Program-made: the position numbers and the translations under genes
Part shown: positions 54,429 to 64,000 of the stretch, one piece after another
How the letters are laid out: each line of letters opens with the position of its first letter
Numbering within the stretch: position 1 is the first letter of the stretch
Notes under the pieces: generated by a model
What the model was told of the DNA's origin: nothing
The model's database searches: none
The model's input: only the letters and a program-made list of their open reading frames with translations
Assembly: GCA_965215365.1 (NCBI GenBank)
Contig: CBDCDS010000003.1
Coordinates: 1,152,001 to 1,216,000, forward strand
Direction of reading: 5' to 3'
Origin: Gammaproteobacteria bacterium
GTDB taxonomy: Bacteria > Pseudomonadota > Gammaproteobacteria > Eutrophobiales > Eutrophobiaceae
DNA length: 64,000 nt

Positions 54429-55448
54429 TCATTCCCGATGCGGATGCTTGGCGCGATACACCTGTCCTATCCAGTTGTTGATGACGGATTCGGCACTGTC
54501 GTGCCAGGTGTTGTCCAGGGAGGGGCTGATGAGTGCTTCGGGGAAGGGCGGGGGGGGCTGCTGCGCCTCCCTGGCCGCCAGTACGCGGTCCTGGTACTCG
54601 ATTAGTATTGCCCGGGTCTGCGCTCTGAAATAATGTTCGGGAAAAGGCGGGTAGGTGTCGGTCTCGCCGGCAACGTAGCGTAATACCTCCCGTTTGTATT
54701 CTTTTAGCAGGCTGTTGGCGTCATACTCGGGGTGGCCCTGAAAAAAGACCAGACGCAGGCCATCGGCACTCACGGCCAGGTGCGCGCCGACGGTGTCGCT
54801 CTGTACCAGCACTTTCAGGCCGGCTGCGGCGAATTGCTGCGGTGTTACTGCGTTAAAACGGGAGTGCGGCACGTCAAAACGGGTATTCATTCCCGCTACC
54901 AGCGGATGCGAACGATCCCGCACCCGATGTGAATAGACTCCCCAGCACTTGGCGGGCAAGGCCACCCGGTGTTGCCGGTAACGGAACTGCAATACCGCGT
55001 GGGTGGCAAGGCAGGAACACAGTATGGAGGTGACATGCTCACAGGCCCAGTTGACCACCTCGATGAGCGGGTCCCAGAATTCCTGCCGGTCCAGCGCTGG
55101 ATCGACCACATTGGCGCCGGTGATGATCAGCGCATCCAGACCTTCGGCCTGGATGTCTGCAAAACGCTTGTAATACTTTTCCACATGCGCGCGCCCTTCT
55201 GGGCTGCGCTGCAACCCGTCCAGAGTAAACGGGTGCAGGTAAAAGCGCGCGATCTGGTTGCTCTCACCCACCAGCCGGAAGAACTGCCGCTCGGTGGCCT
55301 CTAAGGCCTTGTCCGGCATCATGTTCAGCAGGCCGATGTGCAGTTCGCGCACTTCCTGGCTCAAGGCCGTGTCGCGGGGAATGATCAGGCAGCCCTCGCT
55401 TTGCAAACGCGCAAAACTGGGCAGGTCGGTATGCGCTACCAACGGCAT
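54429..55448 (-). CDS. metA: Homoserine O-acyltransferase (MetA family)
   Basis: IGLLNMMPD, TERQF, LIITGA, CSCLA, PHSR, GHPEY. Confidence 0.93.
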   Translation of the reverse strand: MPLVAHTDLPSFARLQSEGCLIIPRDTALSQEVRELHIGLLNMMPDKALEATERQFFRLVGESNQIARFYLHPFTLDGLQRSPEGRAHVEKYYKRFADIQAEGLDALIITGANVVDPALDRQEFWDPLIEVVNWACEHVTSILCSCLATHAVLQFRYRQHRVALPAKCWGVYSHRVRDRSHPLVAGMNTRFDVPHSRFNAVTPQQFAAAGLKVLVQSDTVGAHLAVSADGLRLVFFQGHPEYDANSLLKEYKREVLRYVAGETDTYPPFPEHYFRAQTRAILIEYQDRVLAAREAQQPPPPFPEALISPSLDNTWHDSAESVINNWIGQVYRAKHPHRE

Positions 55449-55451
55449 CTG

Positions 55452-56294
55452 TCAACCACCCCGGTCCAGCACGGCGGCGATGACGTCAATGAAATCCTGT
55501 TCTGAGGCAACGCCCAGCACGTCACTGCTGGGCGCGGTATAGCCGTAATTGTCGGCAATGTGCTTATAACGGGGCACGCGGGCGCGCAACAGCCGCGGGA
55601 ATACCCACCTGACGAAATCGTCCGGTTCGATCAGGGCAATATATTCCAGTTGCCGTTCCTGCATATATACGGTCAGTTGTTCATCCAGGAAAGTGTCCCG
55701 GTAGTACAAGGGCTTGGGTTCCCGTTCGGCCCGCGCCATCAGCTCTTGCTCATCCCCGGCCGTGGCTTGCATGTATAACACCACGGTATGTTGCGCCAGC
55801 ATGGCGATGACCTCATCATCCAGATCACACAGGCTGCCGCCGGCATCGTTGACAAAGTGGGCATAACCATATACCTCCCGGGCCTTGCGCATGAACTCCG
55901 GCACGTCGTTCATGGCATTGCTCTCGGCGGCCCGGTGCAGGGCTTGACGGCGTTTGAATTCCGGCAAATCCAGCCCGCCCAGTTCCGGGTTGCCGAGCTT
56001 GCCCAGAAAGCTCGACAGCGGTTTTAAGTTATCGATGTCGAGGTTGTTGGTGATGTAGATGGAGTCGGAACGCAGCAGTTCCCGGGTGAACGGGATCTGC
56101 ATAACATGCTGCTTGATGTTGTCCAGGATGGCCTCATCTAGGTAACGGGTGCCGATGCGGTAATCGCCGGAATAATGAAACCAGTGGTGACGCCGCAGCT
56201 TGCGCGCCAAGGTGGTCTTGCCCACCCCGGACATGCCCAGCAGCGTCACGGACTTGTGTTGCCAATGCCTGAATTCGTCACCGGTCATTTTCAT
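55452..56294 (-). CDS. P-loop ATPase/kinase-like protein adjacent to metA
   Basis: LLGMSGVGKTT, HYSGDYRIGTRY, DAGGSLC, PKPLYY. Confidence 0.85.
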   Translation of the reverse strand: MKMTGDEFRHWQHKSVTLLGMSGVGKTTLARKLRRHHWFHYSGDYRIGTRYLDEAILDNIKQHVMQIPFTRELLRSDSIYITNNLDIDNLKPLSSFLGKLGNPELGGLDLPEFKRRQALHRAAESNAMNDVPEFMRKAREVYGYAHFVNDAGGSLCDLDDEVIAMLAQHTVVLYMQATAGDEQELMARAEREPKPLYYRDTFLDEQLTVYMQERQLEYIALIEPDDFVRWVFPRLLRARVPRYKHIADNYGYTAPSSDVLGVASEQDFIDVIAAVLDRGG

Positions 56295-56317
56295 GATATT
56301 GCAACCATGAGCGTGCA

Positions 56318-56497
56318 GATTCATCCGCAGCTGACGCAGATTAACGCAGATATTTTTTTGTCACTCAGGACGCACGGTTCACGGAACCATTGAGTTGCGA
56401 CAACCGCCGATTAAGTTAGAGGTGGCCTTAAAATAATCTGCGTCAGCTGCGGATGAATCAAACTGCCCCAGTCAAGTGTCGCGTCAGCTGCGGATGA
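56318..56497. repeat. Family-A element with perfect 26 bp IRs (56318-56343 / 56434-56459) and an extra arm
   Basis: GATTCATCCGCAGCTGACGCAGATTA / TAATCTGCGTCAGCTGCGGATGAATC. Confidence 0.9.
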
Positions 56498-56512
56498 TGA
56501 TATGTCACCCGC

Positions 56513-58597
56513 TCATTCATCCACCGCTTTCATGCTTAACCGTACCCGGCCCTGGCGGTCTATCTCCAGCACCTTGACCTTGACGAAATCGCCTTCCGAC
56601 AGTTTGTCGCTGACGTTTTGCACCCGTTCATGGGAAATCTGGGAAATATGCACCAGCCCGTCCTTGCCCGGCAGGATGTTCACGAACGCACCGAAGTCCA
56701 TGAGCTTTGCCACCCGGCCGCGATATACCTTGCCGACCTCCACGTCTTCGGTCAGGTCTTCAATGCGTTTACGCGCGGCATCACTGGCGCTCTTGTCGCT
56801 GGAATAAATTTTGATGTTGCCGCTGTCGTCGATATCGATGGCGGCCCCGGTCTCGTCGGTGATGGCGCGGATGGTGGCGCCACCCTTGCCGATCACGTCC
56901 CTGATCTTGTCCGGGTGGATTTTGATGGTGGTAATGCGCGGGGCGTACTCCGACATCTCGGCGCGGGTGGCACCCAGTACTGCGTTCATCTTCTCTAGGA
57001 TGTGTAATCTCCCGGTGCGCGCCTGGGACAGGGCGGTTTGCATGATCTCCCGGGTGATGCCCGGCACCTTGATATCCATTTGCAACGCGCTGATGCCGGT
57101 GTCGGTGCCGGCCACCTTGAAATCCATATCGCCCAAGTGGTCTTCATCGCCCATGATATCCGACAGCACCACAAACTTGTCTTCCTCTTTGATCAAACCC
57201 ATGGCGATACCGGCTACCGGCGCTTTGATGCTGATACCCGCGTCCATCAATGCCAGGCTGGCGCCGCAGACCGAGGCCATGGAACTGGAGCCGTTCGATT
57301 CGGTAATTTCCGAGACGATACGGATGGCGTAGGGAAAGTCGTCCAGGTCCGGCATGATCGCCATCAAGGCGCGCTTGGCCAGCCGGCCGTGGCCGATCTC
57401 GCGGCGCTTGGGCGACCCGGCGCGTCCGGTCTCACCCACGCAATACGGCGGGAAGTTGTAATGCAGCATGAACGGGTCCTTGCGCTCGCCTTCAATGGCG
57501 TCGATGATCTGCGCGTCCCGGTCGGTGCCCAGGGTGGCCGCTACCAGCGCCTGGGTTTCCCCGCGGGTAAACAGAGCCGAGCCGTGCGCCCGGGGCAGCA
57601 GGCCGACCTCTACGCTGACATCTCGCACCGTTTCGGTGTCGCGCCCGTCGATGCGCGGCTCGCCGGCAACCACCGTGCCCCTGACGATGCTGCTTTCCAG
57701 TTTTTCAAATGCGCCCCTGATGGTCTTTTCGCTCCAGCGCTCACCGTGCTTCTCAGTGATGTCGGCGAGTGCCGTGGCGCGCGCCTGCGCCAGTCGCTCG
57801 CGCCGGCTGAGCTTGTCCCGGATTGAGTAGGCCGCACGCAACGGCTCGGTGCACAGGTTGCTGATCTCGTCTGCCAGTTCCTGATCTGCTGCCGGCGGCT
57901 GCCAGTCCCAGGGTTGGGTGTCCGCTTCTGTGGCCAGCGCCTGAATGTTCTCAATGACGATCTGCAGCTGTTCGTGGCCGAACATCACCGCGCCCAGCAT
58001 GACTTCCTCTGACAACAGCGCGGCTTCGGATTCAACCATCAGCACCGAGCTATCGGTGCCGGCCACTACCAGGTCCAGCTCCGAGTCGGCCAGGGCGGCG
58101 TAACCGGGGTTAAGCAGGTACTCGCCATTGCGATACCCCACCCGCGCGGCGCCGACAGGCCCTTGAAACGGCACCCCGGACACGGCCAGCGCCGCCGACG
58201 CGCCGATCAGGGCCGGTATATCCGGGTCAATCTGCGGGTCCAGCGACATCACCGTGGCGATGATCTGCACCTCATTTCTGAATTGTTTGGGAAATAGCGG
58301 GCGTATCGGCCGGTCTATCAGCCGGCATGTCAATACTTCCTTTTCCGACGGCCGGCCCTCGCGCCGGAAGAAACCGCCGGGGATCTTCCCGGCCGCATAG
58401 GTTTTTTCCATGTAATCCACCGTGAGCGGAAAAAAGTCCTGGTCGGGCCGGGCTTCCTTGCTGGCCACACAGGTCACCAGCACCACCGTATCACCCATGC
58501 TCACCAATACCGCGCCGGTAGCCTGCCGCGCAATGCGCCCGGTTTCCAGCGTGACCGGAATATCCCCATACTGAAATTCTTTTTTTACTACGTTCAT
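56513..58597 (-). CDS. pnp: Polyribonucleotide nucleotidyltransferase
   Basis: [34 protein letters not shown] and S1 domains. Confidence 0.98.
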   Translation of the reverse strand: MNVVKKEFQYGDIPVTLETGRIARQATGAVLVSMGDTVVLVTCVASKEARPDQDFFPLTVDYMEKTYAAGKIPGGFFRREGRPSEKEVLTCRLIDRPIRPLFPKQFRNEVQIIATVMSLDPQIDPDIPALIGASAALAVSGVPFQGPVGAARVGYRNGEYLLNPGYAALADSELDLVVAGTDSSVLMVESEAALLSEEVMLGAVMFGHEQLQIVIENIQALATEADTQPWDWQPPAADQELADEISNLCTEPLRAAYSIRDKLSRRERLAQARATALADITEKHGERWSEKTIRGAFEKLESSIVRGTVVAGEPRIDGRDTETVRDVSVEVGLLPRAHGSALFTRGETQALVAATLGTDRDAQIIDAIEGERKDPFMLHYNFPPYCVGETGRAGSPKRREIGHGRLAKRALMAIMPDLDDFPYAIRIVSEITESNGSSSMASVCGASLALMDAGISIKAPVAGIAMGLIKEEDKFVVLSDIMGDEDHLGDMDFKVAGTDTGISALQMDIKVPGITREIMQTALSQARTGRLHILEKMNAVLGATRAEMSEYAPRITTIKIHPDKIRDVIGKGGATIRAITDETGAAIDIDDSGNIKIYSSDKSASDAARKRIEDLTEDVEVGKVYRGRVAKLMDFGAFVNILPGKDGLVHISQISHERVQNVSDKLSEGDFVKVKVLEIDRQGRVRLSMKAVDE

Positions 58598-58755
58598 AAC
58601 ACTCTTCCCGATGATAGTTTAAGGAACCTCCGGTTTAGAAGGTTCCCTGACTGAAGGAGCCCCTGACGCGGTCAGGGGGAGATAACAACGATGAGCTTCT
58701 ACAAGGACTGGACGTGTCGGCAACCTGTGCCGGATACACGGTAGTGTGAAACCGG

Positions 58756-59025
58756 TTACTTTCTCAACGACAACCGGCCGATCAAATCACGATACCGATC
58801 AATGTCTTTGTTCTTCAAATAATCCAGCAGCTTCCGCCGCCGGTTTACCATACGCAACAACCCCTGGCGTGAATGATGATCCTTGGCATGCGATTTGAAG
58901 TGCTGCGACAAATCAGTAATGCGCGCGGTCAACAACGCCACCTGCACCTCGGGTGAACCCGTGTCCGCAGATGAACGTTGATACTGTTTCAGAATATCAG
59001 CTTTATGCTGCCCGTTTAACGACAT
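58756..59025 (-). CDS. rpsO: 30S ribosomal protein S15
   Basis: [22 protein letters not shown]. Confidence 0.98.
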   Translation of the reverse strand: MSLNGQHKADILKQYQRSSADTGSPEVQVALLTARITDLSQHFKSHAKDHHSRQGLLRMVNRRRKLLDYLKNKDIDRYRDLIGRLSLRK

Positions 59026-59103
59026 AAATCTATCTTCTCCCGCCCTCTCACTCAAAAGCGAGGCTATTCTACCCATGCTTGCGACATGTTACAAGAAAAA
59101 CTT

Positions 59104-60018
59104 TCAACTGACCAGACGCTTGGGGGCTACGCGCCCGTCGGGGAGGACTTCGCCGACGCCCAGGAAGCGCTGGTCTTCATGGTAGATACGCAACAGACCC
59201 CGGGTTGGCGCCTGTGGCACTGTGACCGGTTGCCCCTGGCACAGGTAAAAGGCGACGGCTTCGATCAGGTGTACGGCGGGCATATCCCGGACTACGGAAT
59301 CAATATCGAGCAGTAACTCGTCCAGGCCCGGGACGCCGGCTGCGGCCAGGTGTTGTAGCGTCGCCAGCGTCACCATGTTGGCCGCTGTGTAGGGGCCTAC
59401 ACCGATGCGCCGCAACGCCTGCACATGGGCGCCGCAACCCAGTTCCTTGCCGATGTCTTCGGCCAGGGTGCGGATGTAGGTTCCCTTGGAGCAGCGTATG
59501 TCCAGCTCCAGCCGGGTCTCGCGGTAATCGAGCAGGTCTATGTTATGTATGGTAATTTCACGCGGCTCGCGTTCTACTTCCAGGCCCTGGTGGGCAAGTT
59601 TGTACAGGCGTTCGCCCTTGTGTTTCAGCGCTGAGAACATGGGCGGTACCTGCATGATGGTGCCGTGGAAGGCAGCCAGGGTTTGTGCTATGCGGCGCGC
59701 TGACAGGTTCCCGGTAGCGCCCCGGAATACCACCTCACCCTCGGCGTCGCCGGTGCTGGTCTGGGCACCGAGTTGCAATACCGTATGGTAATGTTTGTCG
59801 GCATTGAGCAGGAAACCGGTGAATTTCGTCGCCGCGCCAAAGCACAGCGGCAACAAGCCCGATGCGGCCTTGTCCAGGCTGCCGGTATGCCCGGCCTTGC
59901 GCGCCCGGTACAGCGACTTCACTTGCTGCAAGGCTTCGTTGGAAGTCAACCCCAACGGCTTGTCCAGCAACAGCACGCCGGTGACGTTGCGGCCTTTTGT
60001 TCTGTTTCTGCGGGGCAT
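59104..60018 (-). CDS. truB: tRNA pseudouridine(55) synthase
   Basis: LLDKP, KAGHTGSLD, QVPPMFSALK, CSKGTYIRTL. Confidence 0.97.
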   Translation of the reverse strand: MPRRNRTKGRNVTGVLLLDKPLGLTSNEALQQVKSLYRARKAGHTGSLDKAASGLLPLCFGAATKFTGFLLNADKHYHTVLQLGAQTSTGDAEGEVVFRGATGNLSARRIAQTLAAFHGTIMQVPPMFSALKHKGERLYKLAHQGLEVEREPREITIHNIDLLDYRETRLELDIRCSKGTYIRTLAEDIGKELGCGAHVQALRRIGVGPYTAANMVTLATLQHLAAAGVPGLDELLLDIDSVVRDMPAVHLIEAVAFYLCQGQPVTVPQAPTRGLLRIYHEDQRFLGVGEVLPDGRVAPKRLVS

Positions 60019-60068
60019 GATGTCAATCGTTTTGAGGGCGCCGCCAAAAAAATCAGCGGTTCCCTTGA

Positions 60069-60219
60069 GGCCACCTCTGAAAATTAGAGGTGGCCGTGCA
60101 GTACAAGGATGTGCTGCCATTTTTAGTCACGTAAGTGACTGAAAATGAAGGAAACGGAAAATCGTATTTTTCCGTTTCCGTGTCTAAAAATGCCACGGAG
60201 GGCATTTTTAGAGGTTCCC
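60069..60219. mobile_element. Hairpin-rich MITE-like element (family B, short form)
   Basis: GGCCACCTCT...AGAGGTTCCC flanked by TTGA on both sides; homologous to 41234-41603. Confidence 0.8.
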
Positions 60220-60564
60220 TTGATTAACGCGATCGATAAGTTCGGTGAGGCGGTTGGCGCGGTGCAGGTTATGGTCGAAGCGGAACACCAGTTGCGGCAC
60301 GGCGCGCAACGCCAGACTCTGTCCCAACAGGTGCCGGAAGTGCCGCGCCCGTTCATTCAGCAGGTCTGTCAGGGCTTCCTCGCTGCAGGTGGGTTCAAGG
60401 CAGGTGAAATAGACACTGGCATTTTTGAGGTCGGGGCTGACATCTACGAACGATACCGTGATCAGTCCCGCTTCCCGGAACGAGGTTTCTTTCAGCAGTA
60501 AGCGCGCAATTTCACGTTGCAGCAAGTCCGCAACACGCTGGTTCCGACCGTATTCACGAGGCAT
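60208..60564 (-). CDS. rbfA: Ribosome-binding factor A
   Basis: RNQRVADLLQRE, VDVSPDLKNA, VPQLVFRFD. Confidence 0.95.
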   Translation of the reverse strand: MPREYGRNQRVADLLQREIARLLLKETSFREAGLITVSFVDVSPDLKNASVYFTCLEPTCSEEALTDLLNERARHFRHLLGQSLALRAVPQLVFRFDHNLHRANRLTELIDRVNQGNL

Positions 60565-60568
60565 TTTG

Positions 60569-63160
60569 TCAAACCTTCCGCTCCACTTCGATCCGTTCAA
60601 ATACCTCAATCTGGTCGCCCGACTGGATGTCGTTGTAGTTTTTCACGCCGATACCGCATTCCACGCCGGATTTTACTTCGTTCACGTCATCCTTGAAGCG
60701 GCGCAGGGATTCCAGCTCACCTTCGTAGACGACCACATTGTCGCGCAACACCCGGATCGGGTTGGCCTTGCGCACTAAGCCGCTGGCAACGATACAGCCG
60801 GCGATCTCGCCGAAAGCAGGGGAGCGGAATACCTCCTTGACTTGTGCGACGCCGACGATCTGTTCCCGCACCTCGGGTGACAGCAGGCCGTTGATCGCCG
60901 CTTTCACGTCATCAATCACATCGTAGATCACGCTGTAATAGCGCAGGTCCACGCCTTCTTCATCAACCAGTTTGCGCGCCGCGCCGTCCACTCTTACGTT
61001 GAAACCAATGACCAGGCCACTGGCAGCAAGCGCCAGATTGATGTCGGATTCGGTAATACCGCCCACCCCGGCGCTGATGATGTTGATCGCCACCTCATCA
61101 CCGGACAGTTTCAGCAATGCTTCCGTCAAGGCTTCCGCCGAGCCCTGAACGTCAGCCTTGATAAGGATGTTGATGGACTCGCCGTTGGCGTCGGTGAGGC
61201 GAGTGATGGCGTTCCGGGCCTGTGAGGCCTGTTGTTTGGCGAGCTTGACTTCCCGGTACTTGCCCTGGCGAAACAGCGCGATCTCCCGCGCCTTGCGTTC
61301 GTCCGGCACCACGATCATATCATCACCGGCGTTGGGGGTACCGGACAGGCCCAATACCTCAACCGGGGTGGAGGGGCCGGCGGCGCGCACATCGGCGCCG
61401 TTTTCGTCGTGCATGGCCCGCACCCGGCCAAACTCATGACCGGTGAGTATCACGTCGCCGCGGCGTAATTCACCGTGCTGGACCAGGACGGTAGCGACCG
61501 GCCCTCGGCCCTTGTCCAGTCTTGCTTCGATGACGGCGCCGGAAGCCGGTCCTTCCGCAACCGCCTTGAGTTCCAGAATTTCGGCTTGCAGGGAAATGTT
61601 GTCGAGCAGGCTGTCCACACCCTCTCCGGTTTTTGCAGAGAGGTTGACAAACATGGTGTCGCCACCCCAATCCTCGGGAATAACCGAGAATTTGCCCAGC
61701 GCCTGTCTGACCCGATCGGGCTCGGCTTCGGCTTTATCGATCTTGTTCACGGCTACGATCAACGGCGCCGAACCGGCCTGGGCGTGTTGTATGGCTTCTT
61801 CGGTCTGTGGCATCACGCCATCATCGGCAGCCACAACTAGGATCACAATGTCGGTAACCTTGGCACCGCGCGCCCGCATGGCCGTAAACGCTTCGTGGCC
61901 GGGGGTGTCCAGGAACGTGATGGCGCCGTTTTCCGTGCTCACGCTGTAGGCACCGATGTGCTGGGTAACGCCGCCGGCTTCGCCCGCCGCGACCTTGCTG
62001 CGCCTGATATAGTCCAGCAGCGAGGTTTTGCCGTGATCAACGTGACCCATGATCGTCACCACCGGCGCGCGCACCACGGTTTCGCCGTCACTGCGGCCGG
62101 TCTGCATGATCTCTTCTTCCAGCGCGTTTTCCTTGAGCATCTTAGCCTTGTGGCCCATTTCCTCGGCGACGATGGCGGCGGTTTCCTGGTCTATGGTCTG
62201 GTTGATCGTCACCATGGTGCCCAGGTTCATCATTGCCTTGATGACCTCGGTGCTCTTTATCGACATGCGCTGGGCCAGTTCAGCAACCGTGATGCTTTCC
62301 GGTATCTCTACCTCCCGCACAATCGGCGCGGTGGGTTTTTCAAACCCGTGTTGCACCGGCCGCTTGAGCACCTGCCGTGGTCGTTTTTTCTTGCGTCGCC
62401 GGCCCGACTTGTCGGATGCGACGTGTAATTCTTCGCGCTGGATACGGGCGGGTTTTTCTTTGTCCTTTGCCGGTGGTGGCGGCGCTTCTGGCGCGGCCGG
62501 CGCCGGATCGGGTAATTCCGGGGTAGCGTCAGCGGGTTGCGGCGGTGCTGGCGGCGCGGCGGCCTCAGGCACAGCGGCGGCCTCAGCCATGGCGGCCAGC
62601 TCCGGCTCCACTGCCGGTGGTTCGGCCTCAGCCGCTGGCGGCGCCGCGGCGGATACTGTTGCGGGCACCACCGGCGGCGCCGCGGTGTCAGCGGCTGCCG
62701 GCGGCGCTTCTACAACCGCCGCCGCTGCTTCCTGTTCGGTCTGTACCCGGGCTTGCGTTTCCTCCTCGGCAAGTCGCGTCTGCTGCAACTGTTCTTCCGT
62801 TTCCTGTGCCCGTCGTGCGGCTTCTTCCTCAATAACGCCGCGTTTAATGTAGGTGCGGCGCTTCCTGACTTCCACGCTGACGGTTTTCGAGCGTACCTTG
62901 CTGGGGCGGTTGCCGGTGCCGGTCGCCGGCAGTTTTATCTCGCTGATGGTTTTCCTTCTCAGGGTGATTTTTTCCGGACCGGAGCGGTTTTCCTTGCCGT
63001 GCTTGCGTCGCAGGTAACCCAACAATTCGGTCTTTTCATCATCGGAAATCCGGTCGTCTGCGTTCTTCGCCGGCAGGCCGGCTTCCTGCAGCTGCTCCAG
63101 CAGCCGATCTACCGGTATGCGGATGACCTCGGCATATTGTTTTACCGTGACTTCAGGCAT
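60569..63160 (-). CDS. infB: Translation initiation factor IF-2
   Basis: [25 protein letters not shown]; Pro/Ala-rich N-terminal linker. Confidence 0.98.
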   Translation of the reverse strand: MPEVTVKQYAEVIRIPVDRLLEQLQEAGLPAKNADDRISDDEKTELLGYLRRKHGKENRSGPEKITLRRKTISEIKLPATGTGNRPSKVRSKTVSVEVRKRRTYIKRGVIEEEAARRAQETEEQLQQTRLAEEETQARVQTEQEAAAAVVEAPPAAADTAAPPVVPATVSAAAPPAAEAEPPAVEPELAAMAEAAAVPEAAAPPAPPQPADATPELPDPAPAAPEAPPPPAKDKEKPARIQREELHVASDKSGRRRKKKRPRQVLKRPVQHGFEKPTAPIVREVEIPESITVAELAQRMSIKSTEVIKAMMNLGTMVTINQTIDQETAAIVAEEMGHKAKMLKENALEEEIMQTGRSDGETVVRAPVVTIMGHVDHGKTSLLDYIRRSKVAAGEAGGVTQHIGAYSVSTENGAITFLDTPGHEAFTAMRARGAKVTDIVILVVAADDGVMPQTEEAIQHAQAGSAPLIVAVNKIDKAEAEPDRVRQALGKFSVIPEDWGGDTMFVNLSAKTGEGVDSLLDNISLQAEILELKAVAEGPASGAVIEARLDKGRGPVATVLVQHGELRRGDVILTGHEFGRVRAMHDENGADVRAAGPSTPVEVLGLSGTPNAGDDMIVVPDERKAREIALFRQGKYREVKLAKQQASQARNAITRLTDANGESINILIKADVQGSAEALTEALLKLSGDEVAINIISAGVGGITESDINLALAASGLVIGFNVRVDGAARKLVDEEGVDLRYYSVIYDVIDDVKAAINGLLSPEVREQIVGVAQVKEVFRSPAFGEIAGCIVASGLVRKANPIRVLRDNVVVYEGELESLRRFKDDVNEVKSGVECGIGVKNYNDIQSGDQIEVFERIEVERKV

Positions 63161-63166
63161 GGTCAG

Positions 63167-64000
63167 CTAGCCGTTGGCCTCCTCTGTGGTAAACCAGGGG
63201 CTGCGCGCAGTCATGATCAGTTCGCCGGCGCGGGCCTTGTCCAGCCCTTCAATGTCCTGCAGTTCATCCAGCGAACTTTCGGCCAGATCTTCCATGGTAA
63301 CCACGCCGCGTCCGGCCAGTTCGTAAGCCAGCGCTTCATCCATGCCTTCCATCGCCAGCAGGTCGGCCGCCGGTTTTACATCCACCAGCTTTTCCTCGTT
63401 GGCAATGGCGCGGGTCAGCATGATATCCCGGGCGCGGTCGCGCAATTCCTTGACCAGCACCTCGTCAAATTCTTCGATATCCTGCATTTCGTTCTCCGGC
63501 ACGTAGGCTATTTCCTCAACACTGGAAAAGCCCTCCTGTACCAGGATTACGGCGATTTCCTCATCCACATCCAGTTCTTCCATGAACATCTGTTGCAGCG
63601 TCTGGGCCTCGGCTTCAGTTTTCTGATCCGCCTGTTCCACGGACATCACGTTCAGTTCCCACCGGGTCAGCTGGCTGGCGAGTTTGACGTTCTGGCCGCC
63701 GCGACCAATGGCCTGGGACAGGTTCTCCTCAGACACCGCGACATCCATGCTGTGGCTGTCCTCATCGACCAGTATCGATACCACCTCCGCCGGTGCCATG
63801 GCGTTGATGACAAATTGTGCGGGGTTCTCGTCCCAGGGGATAATATCGACGCGCTCGCCGCCTAAGGCATTGGATACTGCCTGTACGCGCGAGCCCCTCA
63901 TACCGACGCAAGCCCCGATCGGATCGATCCTGCTGTCGTTGGCTTTAACTGCTATTTTTGCTCTGGAGCCCGGGTCCCGAGCGCCGCCGATGATCTCGAT
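63167..64000 (-). CDS. nusA: Transcription factor NusA (5' part outside the window)
   Basis: [25 protein letters not shown], two acidic C-terminal repeats. Confidence 0.96.
   Translation of the reverse strand: MEIIGGARDPGSRAKIAVKANDSRIDPIGACVGMRGSRVQAVSNALGGERVDIIPWDENPAQFVINAMAPAEVVSILVDEDSHSMDVAVSEENLSQAIGRGGQNVKLASQLTRWELNVMSVEQADQKTEAEAQTLQQMFMEELDVDEEIAVILVQEGFSSVEEIAYVPENEMQDIEEFDEVLVKELRDRARDIMLTRAIANEEKLVDVKPAADLLAMEGMDEALAYELAGRGVVTMEDLAESSLDELQDIEGLDKARAGELIMTARSPWFTTEEANG

Overview
GC-rich gammaproteobacterial chromosomal window. The housekeeping backbone is galU, tRNA-Asn, aspC-like aminotransferase, uvrB, tRNA-Val, thrS-infC-rpmI-rplT-pheST-ihfA-MerR-tRNA-Pro, tolC, thiC, glnE, metA and pnp-rpsO-truB-rbfA-infB-nusA (partial). 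Three accessory blocks interrupt it. (1) A ~7 kb surface-glycan block (flippase, GT4, NoeA-like methyltransferase, NoeB/sulfatase-like protein, O-antigen ligase-like). (2) An N-terminally anchored RTX/Ca-binding repeat protein. (3) A ~20 kb island (33.9-54.2 kb), which is the most interesting part. It encodes a putative ion-motor/phospho-signalling system: a MotA/ExbB-like channel, a vWA protein with a MotB/ExbD-like Asp helix, an FHA protein, a membrane PP2C and a catalytically dead trypsin-coiled-coil-TM-FHA receptor. It also carries three near-identical, mosaic Ser/Thr kinase genes with different C-termini, a fourth internally deleted kinase/FGE remnant, DGR-like variation in the FGE (CLec) tails, many intact and amputated toxin-antitoxin genes, an IS66-family element carrying a DNA adenine methyltransferase, and a MITE. 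Three small structured repeat families recur in intergenic DNA. No reverse transcriptase, integrase or CRISPR array is visible. All calls come from manual motif recognition; no searches were run.
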